DNA of 64,000 bases from Acidimicrobiales bacterium (lineage in GTDB: Bacteria > Actinomycetota > Acidimicrobiia > Acidimicrobiales > JAHWKP01). Below are positions 1 to 10,206 of this stretch, piece after piece. Position numbers and translations under genes: made by a program. Positions within the stretch are counted from its first letter, which is position 1. Each line of letters opens with the position of its first letter. The notes beneath the pieces were generated by a model. The model worked only from the letters and a program-made list of their open reading frames with translations, ran no database searches and was not told where the DNA came from. The stretch is from contig DATLBX010000057.1 in NCBI GenBank assembly GCA_035526705.1, positions 99 through 64,098 of the forward strand, given 5' to 3'.

Positions 1-12
1 GGGCCTTGCGAC

Positions 13-88
<76 letters not shown>

Positions 89-97
89 AATCATTTT

Positions 98-155
98 GGC
101 GGCTGGGCACCCCAACCCAGCCGCTGCCGAGCGTGGGGCCCCACCCACGCCGGCC
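98..155 (-). repeat. Family A double-hairpin intergenic repeat, copy A1 (reverse orientation)
   Basis: Its reverse complement reads GGCCGGCGTGGGTGGGGCCCCACGCTCGGCAGCGGCTGGGTTGGGGTGCCCAGCCGCC and aligns with copies A2-A6. It lies between the holB stop and tRNA-Thr. Confidence 0.8.
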
Positions 156-193
156 AGGCTATGGGACGTTCCACACGGCTCCGTCCATCCGCT

Positions 194-1246
194 CTAGCCC
201 AGTGAGACGAGCAGCGCGACGAGCAGCAGGACCTCGTTGGGATTGCGGATCAGCGCCTCGTTCGCCGCGCCGATCGCGGTGAGAGCCGCCAGATAACGGC
301 GGGTTCCGGCGCGGTCCGCGGAGCCCAACTTCGAGCGGTAGTACTCCGCGAGCGTCGACAGACCGAGTCGGATCTCGTCGGTGCGGACTCGTCGCCGTTC
401 TCGGCGGTGCCGAGTCTCGATGGTGGACCGGCCTGACCCCCGCTTCCCCCATTCGTTCTCCCGCTGAGCCAGCTCTGCCAGCTCCTCGGTATGGCGAGCC
501 GCGAGCAGTCCGGCCTCGACTCCGTCGATCATGGCGATCAACTCGTCCACCACCGCCGTGGCCCCGTGGCCCGTTCCGTCCAGCCTTTCCGGGACCGTGC
601 GCCACGAGTCGACTCTTCCGGCGAGCGACGGGTCGGCCGCCAGTAGCCGCGCCCGCTCGGGTCGGCCGCCGGAGCTCGCGGCTGCCAGCGTCGCGGCGCC
701 CGGGTCGGCTCCTTCCGCGACCAGGCGTTCCACGATCCGCTCGGCGGGAACGGGACCGAAGTCGATGCGTGCGCACCGACTGGCGATAGTGACGAGCTCC
801 GGCGGAACGTGTTCGGCAAGGGCAACGAACACAGTGGAGGGCGGCGGCTCCTCCATGGTTTTCAGAAGCGCCGGCCCGGCTTCTTCCACAAGGTGGAGTT
901 CGTCGAGAATCAAGATCTTGCGGCGCGCCTCGACGGGCGCTTGGGCGGCGATCTGAATTACCTCGGCCGCCTCCCCAATCGACATGGACGCGCCCTCGCG
1001 CTGCACCACCCGTACGTCGGGGTGTACTTCCGAGAGGACCCGCCGGCAGACGTCGCAGTCGCCACACCCCCCTTCGTCGCACAGCAGGGAGGCAGCGAAC
1101 GAACGCGCCGCGGTGAGCTTTCCTGTTCCCGCGGGACCGACGATGAGATACGCGTGCACCGGCGTGCGCGCCGAGGACCGCAGCCGCGCCACCGCGGCGT
1201 CCTGCCCGACAACATCCGCGTACAACTCGGCCACTGCCGCGCTCAT
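194..1246 (-). CDS. holB: DNA polymerase III delta-prime subunit (clamp-loader AAA+)
   Basis: Taken from ORF 194..1336, trimmed to the ATG at 1246 (MSAAVAELYADVVGQ), which overlaps the tmk stop by 4 nt. Motifs seen: GPAGTGK P-loop, Cys cluster CDEGGCGDCDVCRRV, LILDELH, TMEEPP. Confidence 0.9.
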   Translation of the reverse strand: MSAAVAELYADVVGQDAAVARLRSSARTPVHAYLIVGPAGTGKLTAARSFAASLLCDEGGCGDCDVCRRVLSEVHPDVRVVQREGASMSIGEAAEVIQIAAQAPVEARRKILILDELHLVEEAGPALLKTMEEPPPSTVFVALAEHVPPELVTIASRCARIDFGPVPAERIVERLVAEGADPGAATLAAASSGGRPERARLLAADPSLAGRVDSWRTVPERLDGTGHGATAVVDELIAMIDGVEAGLLAARHTEELAELAQRENEWGKRGSGRSTIETRHRRERRRVRTDEIRLGLSTLAEYYRSKLGSADRAGTRRYLAALTAIGAANEALIRNPNEVLLLVALLVSLG

Positions 1247-1851
1247 GCGCTCAGTCTCCGCTCGCTGCGCAGCCAGGCTTGCCAAACCAGCTCCGCCACC
1301 GTGTCGACATCGCCCGATCCATCGACCACTTCCCAACTGCCCTCGAAGCGCGCTGCCATCTGGCGGAACCCGGCGATGACTCTCTCGTGGAACTCGTCAC
1401 CAGCTGCTTCCAGCCGGTCGCGCGGTTTGCCGGTGCGGGCACGCCGGATGTCGTCGGGCACGTCGAGCAGGACGACCAGATCCGCGCTCAGTCCCCCGGT
1501 CGCCCAACGGGACAGGTCGCCGATCTCCGCCCCGTCGAGCCCCCGACCAAAGCCCTGGTACGCCAACGACGAGGGCGTGAAGCGGTCGGTCACTACGTGG
1601 CGGCCACTTTCGAGCGCGGGCCGGATCACTTCCGCAACATGCTGCGCCCGCGCCGCCGCCATCAGCAAAGCCTCCGTTCTTGGATGGACGTCATCGGTCC
1701 CCTCCAGCACCAGGCGCCGGATCTCCTCGCCGAGCCGAGTGCCTCCGGGCTCGCGGGTCAACACCGCGTCGAGGCGCTCGGCGAGGAGGCGTGCCTGAGT
1801 CGACTTCCCGCTGCCTTCCCCGCCCTCGAGCGCGACCAGCCGTGCGGTCAT
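1243..1851 (-). CDS. tmk: Thymidylate kinase
   Basis: This is the last 202 codons of the artefactually long ORF 1243..3165. It carries LEGGEGSGKSTQ (P-loop), TREPGGT and DRF. The ATG at 1851 overlaps the upstream MFS stop as ATGA. Confidence 0.9.
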   Translation of the reverse strand: MTARLVALEGGEGSGKSTQARLLAERLDAVLTREPGGTRLGEEIRRLVLEGTDDVHPRTEALLMAAARAQHVAEVIRPALESGRHVVTDRFTPSSLAYQGFGRGLDGAEIGDLSRWATGGLSADLVVLLDVPDDIRRARTGKPRDRLEAAGDEFHERVIAGFRQMAARFEGSWEVVDGSGDVDTVAELVWQAWLRSERRLSA

Positions 1852-3320
1852 GAACCCGGCGCGGCATTCATCGGCGTGTCGTCTGCCGGTCCGAAGAGCA
1901 CCCGTCGCATCGACAGGGTGGCCAGCACGCCGGCCGTGATGATGATCCCGCCGCCCAGCCACAAGGTGAGGCGCACCCCGGGGAGCGCAATATTTACGCC
2001 GCCCAGCTGAATCTGATTGTCGAACAGCGCACCCGAAGCTCCGTCGAGCAGCGACGAGATCACAGGCGCCGCGGCGAAGGCCAAGAGCAAACAGAACCGC
2101 ACGGCCGTATAGAGGGTGGCGAAAATGCGGCCCCTCAACTCGTCGTCGACATCGGACTGGATGATGGAGAAGCCGAGCACGTACACCGTTCCTGCGCAGA
2201 GCCCGAGCACGCTCACGCACAGCATCGCGGGCGTCAGTGTGGCCATCGATGCTCCGAGCAGGATTGCCGCCCCACAGCCGAATACCGCAGCCACAAAGAC
2301 CCGTTCGTGAGGCAGGTGTCGTTGTAGAACCGAAATGAGCACCACGCCGATGGCCGTGCCGAATCCCATCCCCGTCAGCAGTAAACCGAAGCCGGCCGAG
2401 CCGGCGCCGAGCACCCGTGTCGCAAAAACCGGCCCCAGCGGCACCAACATCCCGCCACCGATCAGTCCGGTTGCCAGCCCCAACATCACGGATCGGACCA
2501 GCGGGCTCGAGCCGATGAACCGCCAGCCGTCGGCGAGTTCCTGGAACGCGTTCCCGAATGAAAGCTTCGGCAGCGGCTCGGTGCGCTTCGACTGATGAGG
2601 AAGATCGGTTGAATAGATGAGCCCAGCCGCAGTAATGCAGAGAATGGCGAAAACAGCGAAGGCCAGGTTTTCCTGGTTCAGACGATTCGAATCGGGCAGG
2701 CCCACGCCCACCAGCCATTCGTTGCCCTTGGCGAGCAACGCGAAGACGAGGGATCCCAGCGGGAACGTCCCGTAGGCGGCCACCAGCGACAGGGAGTTCG
2801 CCGTCGGAAGGTGCTGTGCCGGAACGATGCGCGGCACCGTCGCGCCCTCCGCGGGGGACCACATGAGACCGAGGATCTCGAGGGCGAGCGAGACCGCGAA
2901 GAGGCCAATGACGGTGTCGACGAAAGGTAGGAACATCAGCACCACCCCTCGCCCTGCGCTGCAGAGCACCAGGACCTTCTTGCGGTCCCACCGGTCGACG
3001 AGGACGCCGGCGATCGGCGCGAGGAAGAACCCTGGGATCAATCGCGCCGATAGAACAAGGCCGACCGAGGCCTCGGGCGAGGAGCCCCCGACCCGCGCCG
3101 CCAAGGCTGTGATCGCGACGAATCCGATCCAGTCGCCGAGTGACAGGAGGACTTGAGACATCCACAGGCGCAGGAACGCCGGGGTGCCGAACAGGCGAAT
3201 CGATTCCGGGCGCTGGGGGATCTCCGTCGGATCGACGAAGGGAGCCCGGTCCGGCGATTTGGCGGAAGGGCCAGAACCCGAGCGGCTCTCCGGAGCGGAA
3301 GAGTCCGAAACTTCAGCCAC
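1848..3320 (-). CDS. MFS transporter
   Basis: 490-aa multi-pass hydrophobic protein with MFS motif A (GVLVDRWDRKKV). It is translationally coupled to tmk. Confidence 0.8.
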   Translation of the reverse strand: MAEVSDSSAPESRSGSGPSAKSPDRAPFVDPTEIPQRPESIRLFGTPAFLRLWMSQVLLSLGDWIGFVAITALAARVGGSSPEASVGLVLSARLIPGFFLAPIAGVLVDRWDRKKVLVLCSAGRGVVLMFLPFVDTVIGLFAVSLALEILGLMWSPAEGATVPRIVPAQHLPTANSLSLVAAYGTFPLGSLVFALLAKGNEWLVGVGLPDSNRLNQENLAFAVFAILCITAAGLIYSTDLPHQSKRTEPLPKLSFGNAFQELADGWRFIGSSPLVRSVMLGLATGLIGGGMLVPLGPVFATRVLGAGSAGFGLLLTGMGFGTAIGVVLISVLQRHLPHERVFVAAVFGCGAAILLGASMATLTPAMLCVSVLGLCAGTVYVLGFSIIQSDVDDELRGRIFATLYTAVRFCLLLAFAAAPVISSLLDGASGALFDNQIQLGGVNIALPGVRLTLWLGGGIIITAGVLATLSMRRVLFGPADDTPMNAAPGS

Positions 3321-3329
3321 GCAGAGAGG

Positions 3330-6059
3330 CTAGGTGGGCGGCTTCTTCGCGACGGCCTTCTTGGCGACCGCCTTCTTTTTCACGGACTTTTTCGCGCCAG
3401 CCTTCTTGGCCGCCGCCTTCTTGGCCGCCGCCTTCTTCTTGGTCTTCTTCTTGGACGGTCCTGCGGCGCGGCGGTCGGCCAGCAGCTCCGACGCCCTCTC
3501 GATTGTGATCGATTCGACCTTGTCGCCCGTGCGCAAAGACGCATTCGTCTCGCCGTCGGTCACGTACGGACCGAACCGCCCGTCCTTCACGACCACAGGG
3601 CTACCCGATGCCGGATCCTCCCCCAGCTCCCGCAGAGGCGCCGCGGCTGCCCCGCGGCCCCGCAGCTTGGGAGTCGCGAGTACGGCCAGTGCCTCGTCGA
3701 GGGTGAGGGAGAACAGCTGATCCTCGGATTCGAGCGAGCGAGTGTCCTTTCCGCTCTTTATGTATGGGCCATAGCGACCGTTGGCTGCGACGATCTCCTC
3801 GTTGGTCTCCGGGTGAGAGCCGACGGTTCGCGGCAGCGTCAACAAGCGAAGCGCGGTATCGAGGTCGACACCCTCGACCGACATCGACTTGAACAGCGAT
3901 GCCGTCTTGGGCTTTTCTCCGCCCTCGACCGCCTCACCCAGCTGTACATACGGGCCGAACCGGCCGTTGCGGGCGAGCACCGGCAGCCCGGTTTCCGGAT
4001 CGTCGCCGAGCACTCTCTCCTCGGAGCCGGTCTCGAGGATCTGCACGGCCCTCGCCACGTTGAGCTCGTCCGGCGCAAGGTCTTCGGGGATCGAAGCGCG
4101 GTCTTCACCTCGCTGGACATAGGGCCCGTACTTGCCGACCCGCACAACCACCGCTTCACCGTTGTCGTCCGCCCCCAGGGGAATCGAGTTGACCTCGCGC
4201 GGATCGATCTCGTCGAGCCGCTGGCTGACTGCCGCTTTGAGGCCGAGGACTTCCGACGCGCCCGCGCCGTTAGCCGTGCCGAAATAGAAGCTGGTGAGAT
4301 ACGGGATTGCTTCCTGCTCGCCGGTGGCGATGTTGTCGAGCGTGTCCTCCATCGCCGCGGTGAACCCGTAGTCCACGAGGTTGGCGAAGTGATCCTCCAG
4401 CAGGCCCACCACTGAGAAGGCGGTGAAGGATGGCACGAGGGCGGAGCCCTTCTTCCAGACGTAACCGCGATCCTGGATCGTTCCGATGATCGAGGCGTAA
4501 GTCGACGGTCGGCCGACACCAAGGTCTTCCAGCGCCTTCACGAGGGAGGCTTCCGTGTACCGCGCCGGCGGCTGAGTCTCGTGGCCTTGCGGATCGAGCG
4601 CGACCGTGGAAACCGCGTCGCCCGTCGAGAGCGCGGGAAGTCGAACCTCTTGATCACCGAGCTCCGCTGCGGGATCGTCCGACCCTTCGACATAGGCGCG
4701 CAAGAACCCCGGGAACTCGATGACCCGGCCGTTCGCCCCGAACTCCGCGTCCCGACCGGCGGCCGACGTCGCGCCCAATCGCACGGCAACGGATTGGCCG
4801 CGTGCGTCGGCCATCTGCGACGCGACGGTGCGCTTCCACACCAACTCGTACAAGCGCGCCTCGTCCGGCCCGACCTCACGTGCCACCGCTTCGGGCAGGC
4901 GGAAGTCGTCGCCGGCGGGACGGATGGCCTCATGGGCCTCCTGCGCGTTCTTCACCTTCTTCTCGTATCGCCGCGGCTGAGCCGGAACGTAGTCCGCGCC
5001 GTAGAGCGAAGTCGCCTGACGTCGCGCCGCCGACAAGGCCGTGTCCGAAAGCGCCGTGGAGTCGGTGCGCATATAAGTGATGTAGCCGGACTCGTAGAGC
5101 CGCTGCGCGACCTGCATGGTGCGCTGCGATCCAAAGCGCAGCTTGCGGCCGGCCTCCATCTGAAGGGTGGAGGTCATGAATGGCGCAGCCGGCTTGCGGC
5201 CCCACGGTTTCTCCTCGACTGAGCGAACCTTGAATTCCGCGTCCGCGAGATCTGCGGCCAGGGCGCGCGCCCCGGCTTCGTCGAGCACCGTTACGTCGTC
5301 GCGCTTCAGCGCTCCGTTCTCGTCGAAGTCACGCCCTGAAGCGAGACGCTGCTCGTCGACGGATACCAACGTGCCCTTGAACGTCGGATCGCCCAGGGCA
5401 TCGTCTGCGGCTTCGGCCGCCCTGAACACTCCCTCTACGTCCCACCAGCCTGCCGACTGGAACCGCATGCGAGCGCGCTCACGTTCGACGACCAGCCGAG
5501 TCGCCACGCTCTGGACGCGGCCGGCAGAGAGTTTCGGCCCGACCTTGCGCCAGAGGACCGGGGACACCTCGTAGCCATACAGACGGTCGAGGATGCGGCG
5601 AGCTTCCTGCGCATCGACCAGTCGCCGGTCGAGTTCGCGCCACTCGTCGACTGCCCGCTCGATGGCGGCCTTTGTGATCTCGTGGAACACCATCCGCTTG
5701 ACGGGAACCGTCGGATTCAGCACCTCCAGGAGATGCCACGCGATCGACTCTCCCTCGCGGTCTTCGTCTGTCGCGAGGTACACCTCGCTGGCTTCCTTCA
5801 GCAGCGACTTGAGCTTCTTGACCTGGTCGCGCTTCTTGGAGCTGACGATGTAAATCGGCTTGAAGTCATTGTCGACATCGACCGCCAGACCGGACTTCGC
5901 CCAAGCCTCCCCCTTGTAGGCCGCGGGCACCTCTGCTGCACCGCGAGGGAGATCGCGCACGTGGCCAAACGAGGACTCGACCATGAAGTCGGAGCCCAGG
6001 AAGCCCGCGATCGTGCGCGCCTTCGCCGGCGACTCGACGATGACTAGAGGCTTGGCCAT
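3330..6059 (-). CDS. topA: DNA topoisomerase I with Lys/Ala-rich C-terminal tail
   Basis: TOPRIM N-terminus LVIVESPAKARTI, ITYMRTDS (catalytic Tyr region), repeated GRFGPYV/GKYGPYV C-terminal modules and a KKKTKKKAAAKKAAAKKAGAKK tail. I prefer the ATG at 6059 over the TTG at 6098 offered by the ORF track. Confidence 0.92.
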   Translation of the reverse strand: MAKPLVIVESPAKARTIAGFLGSDFMVESSFGHVRDLPRGAAEVPAAYKGEAWAKSGLAVDVDNDFKPIYIVSSKKRDQVKKLKSLLKEASEVYLATDEDREGESIAWHLLEVLNPTVPVKRMVFHEITKAAIERAVDEWRELDRRLVDAQEARRILDRLYGYEVSPVLWRKVGPKLSAGRVQSVATRLVVERERARMRFQSAGWWDVEGVFRAAEAADDALGDPTFKGTLVSVDEQRLASGRDFDENGALKRDDVTVLDEAGARALAADLADAEFKVRSVEEKPWGRKPAAPFMTSTLQMEAGRKLRFGSQRTMQVAQRLYESGYITYMRTDSTALSDTALSAARRQATSLYGADYVPAQPRRYEKKVKNAQEAHEAIRPAGDDFRLPEAVAREVGPDEARLYELVWKRTVASQMADARGQSVAVRLGATSAAGRDAEFGANGRVIEFPGFLRAYVEGSDDPAAELGDQEVRLPALSTGDAVSTVALDPQGHETQPPARYTEASLVKALEDLGVGRPSTYASIIGTIQDRGYVWKKGSALVPSFTAFSVVGLLEDHFANLVDYGFTAAMEDTLDNIATGEQEAIPYLTSFYFGTANGAGASEVLGLKAAVSQRLDEIDPREVNSIPLGADDNGEAVVVRVGKYGPYVQRGEDRASIPEDLAPDELNVARAVQILETGSEERVLGDDPETGLPVLARNGRFGPYVQLGEAVEGGEKPKTASLFKSMSVEGVDLDTALRLLTLPRTVGSHPETNEEIVAANGRYGPYIKSGKDTRSLESEDQLFSLTLDEALAVLATPKLRGRGAAAAPLRELGEDPASGSPVVVKDGRFGPYVTDGETNASLRTGDKVESITIERASELLADRRAAGPSKKKTKKKAAAKKAAAKKAGAKKSVKKKAVAKKAVAKKPPT

Positions 6060-6144
6060 GGGAGCGACAGGGTTGGCACCGATTCGTGGCGCTGTCAAGC
6101 CAGCCGTATCAACCCGGGTGTTTTAGCCGTCGACGCACGCCCTC

Positions 6145-6207
6145 GGGCGGTGGGGGTTGGGGGTCCCCACCGCACCGCGACGAGCCGAAAGGCGGAGGAG
6201 CCGAAAA
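6145..6207 (+). repeat. Family B hairpin plus GAsGAGCCGAA repeat, copy B1
   Basis: GCGGTGGGG-GTTGGGGGT-CCCCACCGC hairpin followed by GACGAGCCGAAAGGCGGAGGAGCCGAAAAC. It abuts the dedA stop codon. Confidence 0.75.
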
Positions 6208-6208
6208 C

Positions 6209-6829
6209 TCAGCGGGCCTGGCGTCGATGCCTGAAGAACTCGAGTGCGACCGGCACGAACGACACGAGAATGATTACGCCGACAATAGGAAGCAGCCACT
6301 TTTCTGCGTCGGGAATCGTCTCCCCCACCAGGTAGCCGAGAAGCGTCACACCTACCGCCCAGATCAGGCCGCCGAGCAGGTTGAAGACGACAAAGGTTCG
6401 ATACGGCATCTGCGCAGCCCCAGCCACGATCGGCGCGAAGGTGCGCACTATCGGAATGAATCGGGCCAAAAGGATCGTCTTCGATCCTTGCTTCTCGAAA
6501 TACGCGTGCGCTCGCTCGAGGTGCTGGCGTTTGAACAGGCGCGAGTCGGCGCGGCGAAAGAGCGGAGGCCCGGTCAGACGACCGAACGAGTACCCAACTT
6601 GATCGCCCGCGACCGCGGCGAGGAACAGGCCCAAGAGGAGCAAGGGCAGCGGCAGGCTCATGACTCCCTGCGAATTCAGCAGCCCGGCCACGAAGAGCAG
6701 TGAGTCACCTGGCAGGAAGAAACCGAAGAACAACCCGGATTCGGCGAACACGACGAGAAACAGCCCGATCGTCCCGAAGGCCTCGATCAGCTCCCGCGGC
6801 TCGACAAAGTCGAGCAAGGACAGCAGCAT
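6209..6829 (-). CDS. dedA: DedA family membrane protein (VTT domain)
   Basis: Matches DedA/SNARE-associated family signatures: FAESGLFFGFFLPGDSLLFVAGLL, ARFIPIVRTFAPIVAG. Confidence 0.85.
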   Translation of the reverse strand: MLLSLLDFVEPRELIEAFGTIGLFLVVFAESGLFFGFFLPGDSLLFVAGLLNSQGVMSLPLPLLLLGLFLAAVAGDQVGYSFGRLTGPPLFRRADSRLFKRQHLERAHAYFEKQGSKTILLARFIPIVRTFAPIVAGAAQMPYRTFVVFNLLGGLIWAVGVTLLGYLVGETIPDAEKWLLPIVGVIILVSFVPVALEFFRHRRQAR

Positions 6830-6890
6830 CAGTGTGGCGACAACCCCGCCCGGACGGTCTCGAAGGTTCTATCCGCGAGGCTCACGCCGC

Positions 6891-6945
6891 GCGGGCGGGG
6901 GTGGGGTCCCCGCCCGCACAGTGACGAGCCGAACGCGGAGGAGCC
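6891..6945 (+). repeat. Family B repeat, copy B2
   Basis: GCGGGCGGGG-GTGGGGT-CCCCGCCCGC (10-bp stem) followed by ACAGTGACGAGCCGAACGCGGAGGAGCC. It lies between the dedA start and the hppA stop. Confidence 0.75.
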
Positions 6946-6965
6946 AGGAATATTCGAGAGCCTCC

Positions 6966-9292
<2,327 letters not shown>

Positions 9293-9296
<4 letters not shown>

Positions 9297-10141
9297 GCTG
9301 TTTTTCTCTCTTTCTTGTTGTTTTCCCGAGCGGGGCCCCCGGAGCCCCGCTCTCCTCCGGAGCGTGGGGCCCCACCCCCACGCCCGGCCGTTGGATTCTT
9401 TGTCTTGGCTTGTTCTGCGGGCACGCTCTTTGCGCCCGTTGCTTCGGGTCGTACGAAGATCTGTCGGGCGATCTTCTCGCCGACGGTTCGGTCCTTGCCA
9501 TCGACGCGCACGACTACCGGCCCGTCGAATGGGTGCTTCTCGCGGATCTCGATACGCACGCCGGGGCGGAGGCCCAATGTGGCCAGGAACTCGACCACCT
9601 CGGGATCGGTCGATCCTGGGACGGCCACGGTGGCGACATCGCCGGCCTCGAGGTCGTAGAGGGGAGGCATGTCCGGCAACTCGGCCAACTCGGCCGACGG
9701 AATAGGAAACCCGTGCGGACAGGTGGCGGGCCGGTCGAGGGCAACGAACATCCGGTCCTCGACTTCCTGCGGAAGGTCGTGCTCGAAACTTCCGGCCAGC
9801 CGGTCCGCCTCGTTCCAGGCGTAGCCGAGCATGTCCGACAGGAAGCGCTCGACGATGCGGTGCCGCCGAATTGCCGATATGGCGGAACGCCGGCCTTCGG
9901 CAGTCAGCTCCACGCCGCGGTATGGCCGGTGGACCACCAGATCGCGGTCGGCGAGTCGCTTCACCGTGGCAGTCACGGTGCCCGGGCTGACCCCAAGCGC
10001 GTCGGCCAGATCACCGGTGTGAATGGCTGCTGATTCGACCGCCGCCACACCCTGGGACGGCGCGGCCGAATTGGACCGGCTGAGCCGGTACATGGATTTG
10101 AGCGTCTCGCGCTCCGAGCGGGTGAGTTCGGCGTCCAGCAT
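9293..10141 (-). CDS. DtxR/IdeR-family metal-dependent transcriptional regulator with SH3-like C-terminal domain
   Basis: wHTH TGDLADALGVSPGTVTATVKRL, RHRIVERFL, CPHGFPIP and an SH3/FeoA-like GDVATVAV...VVVRVDGKDRTVG. The last ~50 codons read through repeat A2 and the hppA ribosome-binding region. The stop overlaps the hppA ATG as ATGA. Confidence 0.85.
9328..9390 (-). repeat. Family A repeat, copy A2 (reverse orientation, variant second hairpin)
   Basis: The plus strand reads GAGCGGGGCCCCCGGAGCCCCGCTCTCCTCCGGAGCGTGGGGCCCCACCCCCACGCCCGGCC. It lies inside the 3' tail of the DtxR ORF, ~35 nt upstream of the hppA ATG. Confidence 0.75.
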
Positions 10142-10162
10142 TTTTAGGCGGGCCGCAACCTA
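10142..10162 (-). promoter_or_regulatory. Candidate DtxR-family operator (imperfect palindrome TAGG-N10-CCTA) abutting the regulator start codon
   Basis: The minus strand reads CTAGGTTGCGGCCCGCCTAAA immediately 5' of the ATG. Its outer arms resemble the IdeR box TTAGGTTAGSCTAACCTAA, recalled from memory; the centre differs. Confidence 0.3.
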
Positions 10163-10206
10163 GTTTTCAGCCCCCCAAAAAGCAAATTTAGAGGCCGCGG
10201 GTGCCG

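Noticed and set aside
159-1082. Many long ORFs antisense to, or frame-shifted against, recognised genes. Examples: 159-1082, 3153-4415, 7533-8687, 8491-9501, 10681-12063, 14869-16155, 16835-18214, 25137-26792, 28196-29464, 33212-34621, 37571-38740, 39455-40456, 41590-42507, 46685-47920, 48926-49948, 51427-52359, 53394-54446, 56038-57315, 58120-59823, 59836-61323.
   Set aside because: Their translations are Arg/Pro/Gly/Ala-rich low-complexity strings with no motifs. Each overlaps a gene carrying clear family signatures in another frame or on the other strand. These are the shadow ORFs expected at high GC.
1852-3165. The N-terminal 438 codons of the 640-aa ORF 1243..3165.
   Set aside because: Only the last 202 codons are thymidylate kinase. 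The rest is an alternative frame of the MFS gene with Arg/Gly-rich nonsense. The same reasoning trimmed these ORFs: 30435..31625, 55427..56173, 18366..19121, 21910..22767, 28304..29557, 48805..49881 and 59793..61286.
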